A stretch of 63,980 bases of DNA, filler included, from Sphacelaria rigidula (Eukaryota): the NCBI GenBank assembly GCA_964200075.2. It is 3 parts of 3 records of this genome, joined end to end, with 100 filler letters (N's around TTAATTAATTAA, not from the genome) between each part and the next. Parts side by side here need not be neighbours in the genome. Positions count along the whole stretch, not along the records: positions 21,788 to 43,468 come from CAXNAA020000396.1; positions 43,569 to 63,980 come from CAXNAA020000531.1; 1 more part is not named here. One strand, given 5' to 3'. Made by a program: the position numbers and the translations under genes. This document shows, piece after piece, positions 38,101-49,300 of the stretch (position 1 is its first letter; each line of letters starts with the position of its first letter). The notes beneath the pieces were generated by a model. The model was not told where the DNA came from and ran no database searches. It saw nothing but the letters and a program-made list of their open reading frames with translations.

Positions 38101-40194
38101 TTGTGTCCGGGGGACAACGAATCTGAGAGTCCTCTTCGATTTCGTGGTTATTTTAAGTAGCGTAGTTCATGAGCTATCCGACCTGTGGAGGTTTCTCCGG
38201 CTTGTTGTACACAGGGCTAGCGTTTTTCTCGTGTGGTTTTTCACCGGTTTCCTCGAAGCTTTTCATCATGCAAGTGGTTGACCACCTCTCAGTGCGCTGA
38301 GATTATTGCGAAGCCGAGTAGGATCAAAGTATTTTCGTCAGTGTTGTACACACGTTTTTTTATCCCTCGCAAGTAAACGAGAGCTCAGTTACCTAGAGCC
38401 GCACAAGCTAAGTCAGAAGTCGCGGCCGGTGATTCAACACTCTGACAATTACGGGCTGTACATGACTCACACGCAAGTACTAGTTGATTGAGGTTTTGCA
38501 CGAAGGCGGGGGTTGCACAAATGTGATGGGTTCTCGAAAGTGGTTGGTTGATGGCACCGGACAACTTGTTGCTTTGAAGCGACGGGTTGCCCCGAGGCAA
38601 TCGGTCAACTTTTGCTCACTGAGGGAGTTGGTTGGTTACACTGCGGCAATGAATTGCATCCAGGTATGCGTGCCAAAACGGAGGGAAACTGAGGCAATAT
38701 CTTCATTTTCAAAACTCGGAAGTACGCCCCCAACCGTTTTACAACCCGACGGTCACTGTCTTCGTGCACGTGGTCGCAACGTCCCTCCTTCTTGCTGTGT
38801 CTGCAGGAAGTAAAATCAGAAGTGCTTCCATGATGCCATGACATAAAACACTAGAATGGAACACCCAGCATTTGGGGAATCGGGCGGATAGCAGTTGTGA
38901 GAGATGTGGCAATTTGAAATATCATTAGACCGTGCAGGGTTGGATCAACTGGTGGCATTATGTCGGAATTATCCAAACCCTCGATGATGACAACATATGG
39001 TCAATAAATGCAACAGACAAAAAAATGTCCTGGGTAAAGTGTAGACCAACTATTGTCGGCCGATAATAGTTGCAATAGATCTGTACGTGACCGAGTACAT
39101 TTTGGTCTAATACAACTATTGACCTTATATTGTTCAGAGTGTGGCATTGTCCGTCTGGCGACTTTCGGTTAGCGTCTTTTGTTTGCGGAATGTACTCATT
39201 CCGCATCCTATCAAGTTACTCTGTTGGTCATATTTCCGCACATTTGCCCGATCCCTCGGACCCGTGGTCACAACACGTATGGTCACCTTTCCAGTGTCGT
39301 CACTACTATTCCTTACATGTGTTAAAACAATCAATAAAAAGCCACCCACACCAATAACGTGTTTCCCTTTCTGCAACATAGGTTCTTCATGTGCAGAACC
39401 CCGGGCAGATGCGCAAGTTCGAGGACGTTGGACGTTGGCTGCAAGAGACCAGCGGGGCGCATCTAGAAAGCGTTTCTTTAGATGAATTCCGTGAGAGAAT
39501 TCGCGTGGCAGTGCTGGATATGAAAGAACCCGCCGGCGTTTTACCACAGGTAAAAGCCGGACCGTTGACCTCTCCCGTTGAGGTTTTGGTGATTTGTGTT
39601 CAATTGTTTCGGTGTAGGGGGGGAGGAGATATTTAGTCATTAGTCCATCATGTTGTGCTCGTATTTTGCTCCACAAAAGAAATCCGAAGGTGTTCATGCT
39701 CCAACACATACTTTTGTTTTGTAGCAGTCTTTGCCTTGTAAAACAGCTGGTAAACGAACGCTTGCAAGTCTTGCGAGCAGTGTCCAACTTGTTCTTTCGC
39801 CAAACGTCGGCTGTAGTTTCCGGCGCAAAAAGCCAAGCCTGTCTGCTGTACAAACCCTGCACCGTACCTCGCGCGCATCCACTCTTATTCTACTTCGGTT
39901 TTCCAAATTCCTGCTTCCTAACCACGCCTTTGAAACAAGCATGAGCGCATACAATCCGCTCCTTGACCCCCTTGTTTCAAACGCTATTCTCCGGAACGCT
40001 CTCCTTGCGCCCTTCGATGACAAACTCAGCTTGAGGCAGGACTAGACAGCTTCACCTACTACCTTACCGATCCGGGACACCTGGACTGCGTCGAGATGCA
40101 AGCGGCTCTGAGTGGCACTGGTATCGACTGCCCCGTTATTGACAAGACGCTCGTTGGTACATACGTATCTTCGCTCGCGGCAGGCCGCGAATAA
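22069..40194 (+). CDS. NRPS-like multidomain reductase, A(partial)-T-T-R; 12 exons: 22069-22221, 22930-23057, 25688-25957, 26739-27163, 28270/28273-28366, 28565-28747, 28969-29077, 30746-30847, 31891-31984, 32506-32717, 37251-37376, 39382-39549, plus terminal exon 40030-40194
   Basis: A-domain end (LPPYAVP..PLNMASGKADRKRL), two carrier motifs DFFDxGGHSLL, thioester-reductase motifs TGASGFLG, GDLSAPLLGL, ANVLGT, GYGQSKWVAE, RPG, DMTPVD; all splice phases chain to TAA at 40192-40194; 5' part missing at contig edge. Confidence 0.9.
22184..22520 (+). repeat. ~173-bp tandem duplication spanning an exon/intron boundary
   Basis: CTGACAGGAAACGCCTACCGAGGAGCARCGACGCCGAGGTAC... at 22184 and 22357. Confidence 0.9.
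23200..23790 (+). repeat. Dispersed intronic repeat, copy 1
   Basis: Similar to 37440-38000 (ATATCGCTGT..GCAGACCAACCT..GAACTCRTGACCTC..GGGGCGC..). Confidence 0.7.
25688..25957 (+). CDS. NRPS-like exon: thiolation (PCP) domain 1
   Basis: LWARLLKV..SDFFDMGGHSLLLAKM..SIPTILENPTFREL. Confidence 0.9.
26739..27163 (+). CDS. NRPS-like exon: thiolation (PCP) domain 2 plus linker
   Basis: AWMTVL..SDFFDVGGHSLLLAKL..TIPELLESPTVGGM. Confidence 0.9.
28565..28747 (+). CDS. NRPS-like exon: reductase domain NAD(P)H-binding motif
   Basis: RILLTGASGFLGAHILASLL..VFCLVRA. Confidence 0.9.
32506..32717 (+). CDS. NRPS-like exon: reductase catalytic YxxxK
   Basis: SDGYGQSKWVAERM..GLPVSILRPGNL; ends CAG|gcaagt (GC donor). 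Confidence 0.88.
37440..38000 (+). repeat. Dispersed intronic repeat, copy 2
   Basis: Similar to 23200-23790. Confidence 0.7.
40030..40194 (+). CDS. NRPS-like terminal exon
   Basis: ctcag|CTT.. LEAGLDSFTYYLTDPGHLDCVEMQAALSGTGIDCPVIDKTLVGTYVSSLAAGRE*. Confidence 0.8.
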   Translation, partial: LEAGLDSFTYYLTDPGHLDCVEMQAALSGTGIDCPVIDKTLVGTYVSSLAAGRE

Positions 40195-43100
40195 GGTCTG
40201 CTGTTGAGGCGGCGGCGTCTGCTGCGCTTCATTCCACAACCCTTCGGGGGTGGAGAAAAGCAAAAGCTCCAACTGTCGTTTTTTTCGGATATCAATTTCC
40301 TTGTTACTCGCTTGAAACGAAATCTCTCTCTGTATATATATGTGTGTGTTGATTATGATATATTTTGGCATGATGCACGCGTTGCACGGTAGTAGTTTGA
40401 TGCTTCGACCTAGAGTGTGAAGGTCATCGCTGTTCTTCGCATCCAGAGAAGTCGAGGTTATTGACTTTCCGGCGTCCGAGGGAGTTCATGTGCTTATCTG
40501 TTGCGTAGGGTGAAGCGACGTTCGCGAGAGAATCCAGAGTTATTTATTGAGGTGACTTCGTTGCCAAGTGGCCCCGAGGCGCTGTCGCGTTATCGAACAG
40601 GGCAAGACGTGGCGCTCGTGGATTAGGGGCTTCGGAAGATGTTGGATGATCACTTTTGCCTGATTCCGCGTCTTGTGCGTCCGTTAAGGCCAATTCAGAC
40701 TCAGCGTTTTATTTTGTCTTGCTTCATGTCTCCGTTTTAACGTAACCTCGGGGTACGTCTAGAACAAGGGCAGCAAGTAGACACGAAATTGGGCTAGGAT
40801 ACCCATATAATCGTAGGATACGGATTGCAAATTGCGAGTCAGATCAACCATATTTTAATTCATGGGTGCGTGGGGGGCAGGGGGTTATGTGGGATAATTG
40901 TACGATAGGCACACAAAAGCAGGAAAAAATAGTGCCCTTGGTCATTTCGATCGCCCACATCATGGTCACGCGTCTTCACGCGTTTGTAGTGGGGATGATC
41001 TGTGTACGAAAGGAGCCACGTGGCCTTGTTTTCGTTCTATTCGCGTTTTTTCAAGCAGAGCGCGCATATCCAGTGCCTTCAATTGACATGCGAGGTGAAC
41101 GGTACTGGAGGATTTTCGCACGTTATGCCGTGTGGTCCCTGTTTGTGTGTGTTTGCATGTTTTTGGAGATGATCTCGTGTGGTACATGTGCTAGGCACGT
41201 GCTACTTTACAGAGTATTATGGCATTGCGTGCCATGCAGAGGGGGGAGGACCTCGGATTCTACGTCTCGACGCTGCTCGCATAGCGTAGAGACGTGGACC
41301 TACGGTGAAAACAACATCGCCATGGCGCGCTTGCTTAGCGTCGACACGTGGTGTGCACTGTGTAGCATAGTCAAAACGACCTGTTCATCCTCCTCGGTGG
41401 GAAAACACATTTCGACACATTTAGGGAGCAAGAGGGTTTGGTTCACCTCGTATGGAAAAAAAAGGGGGAAAAGGTAATCTCGCTGATGAAATCTTGATAG
41501 CTGAGGTAATCACATACAATCAAAAGCGCTGCTGCTGCACCCATAAATTGGGCCGGTCGGCTGCATGCTGGGGGGATGCGGTGGTGGGGTGGGGGTGATG
41601 TTTCGTCATGCCTTGAAACTATCGGACGGTCTTGACGATGCGTCCTTGAGAGGACAGAGAACGGCGACGGGGCGGTACAAGTCTTTGTGTACCGTTAGCT
41701 CTGAGGCCATCGTTCAATTGCTGAGAAAGGCTCGGAGGTTGTGATCTGGTCGGTTGTTTTTCGCCAGGCCCAAGGCGCGCGTGGTAAGTAAGGTAGGTGT
41801 GCATCGATGTGTTGCGAAGAATGTGAAAGGTGGCGTTGACGATTTTGTTTTATGCGTATGATCCCGTTTATTTGTTGGGGGTCTATCGGCCACTCCCAGG
41901 AAGGACTGGGCATTTCCGGTTGTGCTACCGTTTGTGACGGTACAAATAAGCTGCTGGCGTCGTGAACGACTTCAACTCGAGAGAGTTATGCCATGCGCAC
42001 AGTTTGGGGTCCCAAGCGCAGTGCGATATTTCTCGAGAGGGGCCATGAGCAGGGGCAGGCAGCGATTCGGTCCGATTATTTATCCAGTATTGCCATCGGT
42101 TCGTTTTCGAGCGGCGGGGACGGGGCTTATCCATAGGCGTGGCTGGTTGCTGTTGCAATAATCCCCTTTGGTGACTCGACACTCGCGACTGAACGGACTC
42201 GTTTTGGTGTGCCGGGTGGAGTTGAAATATATATTATTTCATCTATATCGTTAACCCGTGTTTGAGGTCTACCCGGCACTGACCACAAGGAGCTGGATGA
42301 TCATGGTGGGTGTGTTTGGTTGGTCTCGTCTGTAGTGGACCAAGGAGCAGCTGTTGGCGCTATGAATGACTGCAATTCGTGGAATTTGATTGTCGTGCGC
42401 ACGTTTTGTGGTCAGTTTACTGCCCATAATCCTTCGAGGGAGGAGATAAGTGGGTGCAGATGGGAGCGATTCCGTCGGGCAATTTATCTAGTATCGTCGT
42501 GGGTTTACTTTCGAGTGAGAGGGAAAGGAAGGGCAAGTTTAGTCCGCGCGCGGGTCTCATTTTTGAACGATTGCCGCTGCCAAAGGGTCCTTGCATTTGA
42601 TAGATCTACGCTCGCGAACGAGCGGACCATGTTTTGTTTTCGAGGTGGAGTTGAAATTTTGTTTTATCCGTAATTTTCACCATGTTTCGAGTCGACCCGG
42701 TGCCTTCCGGGAAGAGTTGGACGATTTCGGGTGGTGGTACAGTACTTCTTATTGTGGACAAAGGTGCTGTTGTTGGTAGCGTGGTGAACGACTGACTGTA
42801 ACTCGAAGAATTTGATTCTGCGGGCACGGCTCCTGGTCGATGTGCTTTCCGAAATCTTTTCGAGGAGGGAAATGAGTGGGTGCGGACAGCAGCGATTTCA
42901 TCAGGTCATTCTTGTGGGGTGTTGTCGTTGGTATGGTTGCGAGCAACAGGAAGGTACTGAAGAGCAAGGTTAACCCGTGCTCTGGTCCTTTGTATTCAAT
43001 TAATGTCATAACGAAAAATATGTCTTCACATTTGATCGGTCAACTTTCGCGAACGAGAGTACGCTTCACTACTTTTCTCCCCATGTTTTTCATCTCGTCT

Positions 43101-43468
43101 CGCGGAATCACTTGTGTCATTGAGGCGATCATCTCCTCTGTCACAGTGGTCACTTGATCTATCAGACCCACCGGTCGGAACTCTGGATCCCTCATGGCCG
43201 TGTTATATCCCAGTCGTTCATGAGCAAATGACAGAGCACGAATATGTCCTCCATACTTCGGAGGGTTGCGAGAGGATTATGCCGTGCGTTACAGACGCGC
43301 CGTCCGTGCCAGTAAGAAACGTTACTCGAGACATGGTGTAGAACATTGACGCCTCATGTAGTGACACACAAGAGCTCAAGAGGAGAGGAAAGTTGTGGAA
43401 TGAGTTGTGTGCTGGGCCCTGTGACGCTAGCCAGCGCTAGAATGACAGCGTCAATATGCTTGTTCGAG

Positions 43469-43568
43469 NNNNNNNNNNNNNNNNNNNNNNNNNNNNNNNN
43501 NNNNNNNNNNNNTTAATTAATTAANNNNNNNNNNNNNNNNNNNNNNNNNNNNNNNNNNNNNNNNNNNN
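43469..43568. other. Artificial contig-joining spacer
   Basis: 100 nt: Ns around TTAATTAATTAA, identical design to 21688-21787. Confidence 0.97.
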
Positions 43569-43920
43569 TCTCATTCTCCGAAACCAAAACGAAATATTTA
43601 CTAAGAGTAAAATGAGGTTACGCGAGGCAAGTTTCGCTTTCCGAGTGTCCAAAACCAAAATGAAATATTTACTAAGAGTAAAATGAGGTTACGCGAGGCA
43701 AGTTCGCTTTCCGAGTGTCCAAAACCAAAATGAAATATTTACTAAGAGTAAATTTAGGTTACGCGAGGCAAGTTTCGCTTTCTCATTCTCCAAAACCAAA
43801 ATGAAATATTTACTAAGAGTAACATGAGGTTACGCGAGGCAAGTTTCGCTTTCCGAGTGTCCAAAACCAAAATGAAATATTTACTAAGAGTAAAATGAGG
43901 TTACGCGAGGCAAGTTCGCT
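43569..43920. repeat. ~71-bp tandem repeat, about 5 near-identical copies, cut by contig end
   Basis: CCAAAACCAAAATGAAATATTTACTAAGAGTAAAATGAGGTTACGCGAGGCAAGTTTCGCTT repeated with 70-71-bp period. Confidence 0.95.
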
Positions 43921-44243
43921 TAATATTCTTTAACCGTCACTTTGTAAGTCCCCAAGACAAAGGTGTCCTCAGGAGAGTACGAGGTTCCTCCGGATGTCAC
44001 CTGATTGTTGATGTCATCGTAAGTAACCACCGCTGTCGATGTATCTGGGAGGAGTACCGTGGTGAGAACCGCATCGGAAACGTTCGAGGCAACGAACGTC
44101 CCTGTGTTGTCGATGAATTTTGCTGTTCCTACTGGGGTGATTACGATGTCACCTTCGGTCAAGACGTTTGGAAGATGATCCTCAATATCTGCAATGTACA
44201 AAGAGCTAATAAGGGTCAGGTTGTTTCCCAGTCTTTCCATCAA
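43920..44243 (-). CDS. Hypothetical beta-rich viral protein, probably a 5'-truncated fragment
   Basis: 107-aa T/V/D-rich ORF ending VTYDDINNQVTSGGTSYSPEDTFVLGTYKVTVKEY; homologous C-terminal motif in the divergent ORF at 44271. Confidence 0.6.
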   Translation of the reverse strand: MMERLGNNLTLISSLYIADIEDHLPNVLTEGDIVITPVGTAKFIDNTGTFVASNVSDAVLTTVLLPDTSTAVVTYDDINNQVTSGGTSYSPEDTFVLGTYKVTVKEY

Positions 44244-44270
44244 CGATCCGATATATAGCTTGAAATCGGC

Positions 44271-44450
44271 GTGTATAGCTTCCCATTCTCAGCATCTGCA
44301 GGTGCAGGTCAATCTGCATCTTTAGGTACCTCGAACATAACGTTCGATGAAGCGAACGACTCAATTGTCATTGACGGAGATTCGTACACCGATGGAGATT
44401 CCTTAGTTCTCATGGGCAAAATTGTCACGTTTTTTCAGTTCGGAATTCTC
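44271..44450 (+). pseudogene. Fragment of a paralogue of 43920..44243
   Basis: ITFDEANDSIVIDGDSYTDGDSLVLMGKIVT aligns by eye with VTYDDINNQVTSGGTSYSPEDTFVLGTYKVT; no ATG start, frame runs on into unrelated sequence. Confidence 0.5.
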
Positions 44451-44996
44451 CTACGAAAACCACTTTGCATTTCTTCCTCAAAAGAACTTCTTTTTGCGCG
44501 TCCTGAACACGTCGTACGTATTAAATTCAAATTTGTCAGTTACCAATGAACTTTCGATTCTGCGGAGCCCCTTAAAATTGTTGAAGTAGAAATCTTTTCC
44601 AAAACATGGAACTAACATGCACCACAAACATTTCATCTTGCCCTCCCCCGCTCGTTCACAACCCCGTTCGCCCTCATTCCTAAGCCCACGGTGAGTAATT
44701 CTACACTGATGATACTCTCCCACTACTTTCGATTTTCTTCAAACGTGAATTCGCCTACGAAATGCCAACACCATTCATAGACTTCCCCTGATGACAACAC
44801 CATTCATATCTTTCTGCACGTGTTCTGCCCGTGTTCAGATGGACCATGTTACGTCGGCTGAAATCGCACGGAGGATCAAATCTGTCATGCGTGTGGTTTC
44901 TGAGGAGTCCGAAGACGGCGGTGGTCGGGTCATCAACGACGATCTCCGTACCAAGCTGATGAGAATGCTTTCTCTTCATCAAAGAAGTATTCCACC

Positions 44997-45908
44997 ATGT
45001 TGGACGTCGTCGACTTGTTGTTCAAGCAAAGGTGCAACTTGCCCGGACCCACCGACGTTTACATCGAAGCAATTGTTGGTCTCTGTGACGCCGTCACTGA
45101 TGAGCCAATGACCGACAAACCCGTGGCCAGCAGCGAATCCGGGTTGGTTTTGATGGACGACGTTAACCCGGCGGAAGGAGAATCTTCTAGTGCGGGAGAC
45201 GGAGTCATCGACCTAGTAGAGGAAGTAAACCCCGGAACTGTGGAGAACGACGACACTGGAGAAGACGATGACACGGAATCGGAGAAGGAAGTAACTTTCG
45301 AAGACCCGGGAACATCACCTGACGACTCGCAAGACGTAAGCCAAGACTTCAGAAAACCTTTTAAGGAGAACTTCAAGACTTTGTCAAGGAGAAGGGGACC
45401 GTTGTTTCTCGGAGCGATGCCGAGAGCGCCGCTTGAAGTGGTCGACGAAGAATCCCAAGTGGTGTCATTCCACCCGTGGGACGTGAAAACGTGGATGTCT
45501 GAGAGTTTGGTCGACTTCCGCGTACCCTCTACAATGAATGGGCTCGAGAGTCACAGGCGCGACGCAGTTTTGCGAAACTATAGGGATGGAAGGATGTACG
45601 CTCTTCTGAAGACCGGACAGATAGCGAAAACTCCAACATCCGAAATTCAGCGATACGTTGACGAATTCACCAAGGACCGTGGGAGCAAAATCACGTTGGA
45701 CAGGTATTTGGCGTACTTCAAGGTCGCCATCAAGAAGAAACAAAAGAGCATAAAGAGAGGTGCTGCTAAGAAACGCAAGGCACACGGCCCCCGCTTACCG
45801 GATGGCAAGCTGAGGAAGAAGTACAAAGCATTCAAAGTTGAGGAGGACCCGTTTGATATCGAAAGAGCGTCAGATGAAGAAACCGAGAAGGATGTTGACG
45901 TTGGGTAG
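44997..45908 (+). CDS. Hypothetical protein, acidic middle and basic NLS-like C-terminus
   Basis: 303-aa ORF, KKKQKSIKRGAAKKRK; upstream overlapping ORF from ~44839 may be a frameshifted N-terminus. Confidence 0.75.
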   Translation: MLDVVDLLFKQRCNLPGPTDVYIEAIVGLCDAVTDEPMTDKPVASSESGLVLMDDVNPAEGESSSAGDGVIDLVEEVNPGTVENDDTGEDDDTESEKEVTFEDPGTSPDDSQDVSQDFRKPFKENFKTLSRRRGPLFLGAMPRAPLEVVDEESQVVSFHPWDVKTWMSESLVDFRVPSTMNGLESHRRDAVLRNYRDGRMYALLKTGQIAKTPTSEIQRYVDEFTKDRGSKITLDRYLAYFKVAIKKKQKSIKRGAAKKRKAHGPRLPDGKLRKKYKAFKVEEDPFDIERASDEETEKDVDVG

Positions 45909-46347
45909 GGTTTCACGGTTGAGGAGGACCCTTTGGACATCAATACATCGACAGAGCGTGAGTTTCGGAAACCAAGAGAAGCTGGCTACGTCTGAGTCGG
46001 GTTTTATTATTTCACAAATTCCTGAGCGACAAAATTATCGTTTGTCGTCGCTAAAGAATTTGTGTTAAAGGGAAACCCCACTTTGACGCAGCGAGCTTTT
46101 CTCGGTTTCCAAAATTAGCTAGTAAATGTTGTTGCTGAGGAGTTTTTTTCGTGTTTCAATAACTTAGGGTTAGGGTTACGCTGAGGAATTCGTTTTTGGT
46201 TAATGGACGATACTGTTATTGCTGATAGATTCCCAACATTGACGTTTGTCGTTGCTGAGGGATTCACGACAGTAAAACCCTATTCGTGGCCAGCTACTAT
46301 TTTTTCGGTCACATGGACGACAATGTTGTTGATGAAGAATTCCACAT

Positions 46348-49300
46348 TTACAACCCGCGGTTAAGCTCTGATCTGAAGACTTGCCCACCTCTTGTGCGTG
46401 AAACACGGCTTCTGGTCTGCATCGTGACGCCACGTGGTGTTCGCGTGATGACTGGTTGCACCTGCGACATGTCGTTGTCTAAGGCTTCCATATCTTCCTC
46501 AATAGTAGGTGTGATAGGGTTGGGGTCATCAATACCCGCATCGTCGTCTTCTCTACGTGGTGTCGTGAACAACCTTCTCGGCGCTGAGTTACTATATCCT
46601 GCGGTTTTCCTTCTGGTTCTCGGTGTACCTGTGGCAGCCAGCCCAAAGAAGTCTCGGTTGGCAGCATACACATTTTTAGCATCTAAATTTTCAGCGTAGC
46701 TGTACCTAGGTGTTCCTCGGCTTGGTGTTCCTCGGTTAGGTGTTTGGGTTAGGCTTGCGTCAGCATCGGTTTGTGACACGAGATCATGGTTGATGGTTCC
46801 TCCTGTGCCCACCATTTTTTCGATTTGCTCCGTTGAATGGAGGTCGGGCTTAAAGTTACTTATTTGATGATTCAAAGCGATGGTGAGGTCGTCCAGGTTC
46901 GAGGACATGTAGTCCCTGCCTTGGATCGGGGTTGGACTCAAAACGACCGGGTGGCGGAGGGTTTTGCAACCGTTGTCAGACCACTTTATCGCGGCATTCC
47001 TTTTCGATTCGATGGTCTTGCTTGCAAAATAAGAGAATGAGAATGCGGCAATTTTTGACCACACGACGAGTAACCTTGTCATCTTGTCATCATCCGACCA
47101 CTGCAGCCGTGTCCTCCAAACAGATTCGATGATAGGTTTGATCTTGAAATGGAAAGCGAAAACAACAACTTCGGAGACTGCGCGCTGGTCTTCTTTCACC
47201 GCGCAGTGCTGTTTGACGTCTTTGACTACACCAGAGATGAGGTCTTCTTCCTCTGAAATGTTTTGTCGGCTACCGACATACTTCACGAAAGTTTCGAACG
47301 ATGACGCTCCTCGGGCCTTGAAGGCCTGTGAAGCGGCTTCTTTGCACGAGAGTGAGGAGGCAAAGTGCAGCAACGACTCCAACAAGTCCAAGTCGATGTT
47401 GTTGCTTAGTATTCTCAGTGCGTTGCACATCTCTCCGATGTCTTCGCTCATCTTTTCGATCTCAGTACCGTCGTCGATGCCGTGTGCTTTCGCCGAGTAC
47501 ATCGCTGTGGATATTGCCACACCGGTCATGATGTGGTACACGGCACACCACGGTTCCTCCAGATCGGTGTTCCGATACTTTTCGATGAATCCGTACGTTC
47601 GTGCGAGGGCTTCTTCGAGTCCAATAAGGCCGATGTTGGACGTAACTTGTTCCAACATAGCTTCATCGAACACGCGGAGTTCGACCGACGGTGACTCTTC
47701 GTCGTATTCGTGATGTTGGACGTGGAGCCATCCCTTGAAGTGGTTGTTGAGCCATTTCGCCAGTGCGTAGTGTGGCTTCCTTTCCGCATCCCTCTCGTCT
47801 TTTTCGATACGATCCATTTGGTGGGCGACTGTCGAAATAATCCTCTCTACACTGAACTCAGAGTAGGTGCGTTGGCCGCATATCCTCCAGTACACGTCCT
47901 TGAAGAGGAACACCATGTCCACGTTGTGTTGCAGGAGTTGGTGTACCACCGAGGAAACATGCCACCATCGAAACGTTTGAGAGCAGTGAACGCTCCAAAG
48001 AATCGAGCGCCGGTCGTTGGAGCTCGTCTGTGCATACAATGGGTTCACGGTCATGGTATCGGCAGGTTCAATTTCAACGATGCCACACTGACTCTTCCTC
48101 ACACCAGAAACGATTTGAGTCCGGAATTCGTCTCCTTTCTCGTCGCACGAAGGATACTCCGTGCGAATTCTGAGTACTCCGTGAAGCGAATGTCTGTCGG
48201 AGGTTGCAGACACGATGCCTCTTAAGATGGACACAACTTTGGCATTTAATGATGGGAAACCTAATTCTTCGTCCTGGTTCGACAACGGTGCCTCGAATGT
48301 ACTGGGCGAATTCCTTCGGAGTCCATCGACGTCAAACTGTACTCTGTTTGAGTTAGGGTAGAGCTGAGCAACAGAAAGGTCATTCTGTCCAGTGTTGGGA
48401 TTCGGTTCTTCCCCGGTCAAGTTACGAATGTTCTCAAGGGACATTTCAACAGGATTGTCTGATTGGTCACGCGGGGAATTTGGGACATCAGCCGAATCCA
48501 TGTCACTTGGGGAATTTGGGACGGAATCCTCGTCTTTTTGATCCATGGGGTATCCATGATTTACACCAGGTATACTGGCGATGCTTTCGTCGGTTGATGA
48601 TGGACGTGATGGCACTTCATCGTCGTCGTGGAACCTTGGTGGTGGTGGAGGTCTGCTGATTGATGTCGGGGAATCCACTTCATGATCGTCGTGGAACCTT
48701 GGTGGTGGTGGAGGTCTGCTGATTGATGTCGGGGAATCCACTTCATGATCGTCGTGGGACCTTGGTGGTGGTGGAGGTCTGCTGATTGATGTCGGGGAAT
48801 CCACTTCATGATCGTCGTGGAACCTTGGTGGTGGTGGAGGTCTGCTGACTGATGTCGGGGAATCCACTTCATGATCGTCGTGGAACCTTCGTCTATTCGT
48901 GTGACGTGAGCGCGGTGGTGGAGGTCTGCTGATTGATGTCGGGGAATCCACTTCATGGTCGTCGTGGAACCTTCGTCTATTCGTGTGACGTGAGCGTGGT
49001 CGTGGTGGGCGAGGAGCTTCCGTCTGGGTGGTACCATCGGAAGTTCGTGCTGGTAGTCGTGGTGGGCGAGGAGCTGGTGTCTGTGTTGTACCATCGGAAG
49101 TTCGTGCTGGTAGTCGTGGTGGGCGAGGAGCTGGTGTCTGTGTTGTACCATCGGAAGTTCGTGCTGGTAGTCGTGGTGGACGAGGAGCTGGTGTCTGTGT
49201 TGTACCATCGGAAGTTCGTGCTGGTAGTCGTGGTGGGCGAGGAGCTGGTGTCTGGGTTGTACCAGTGCCAGTGGAGACTCGTGGTGTCTGTGTGGTACCA

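Noticed and set aside
41600-43468. Ty3/gypsy pol remnant on the minus strand
   Set aside because: Only a faint QSFLG-like motif; too degenerate to support as a feature
43400-43650. Virus-host integration junction next to the NRPS-like gene
   Set aside because: The boundary is an artificial N/TTAATTAATTAA spacer
43569-43920. CRISPR-like array
   Set aside because: Pure tandem repeat with a two-state variable segment; no unique spacers
46163-46178. Telomeric TTAGGG tract
   Set aside because: Only two copies, internal; not significant
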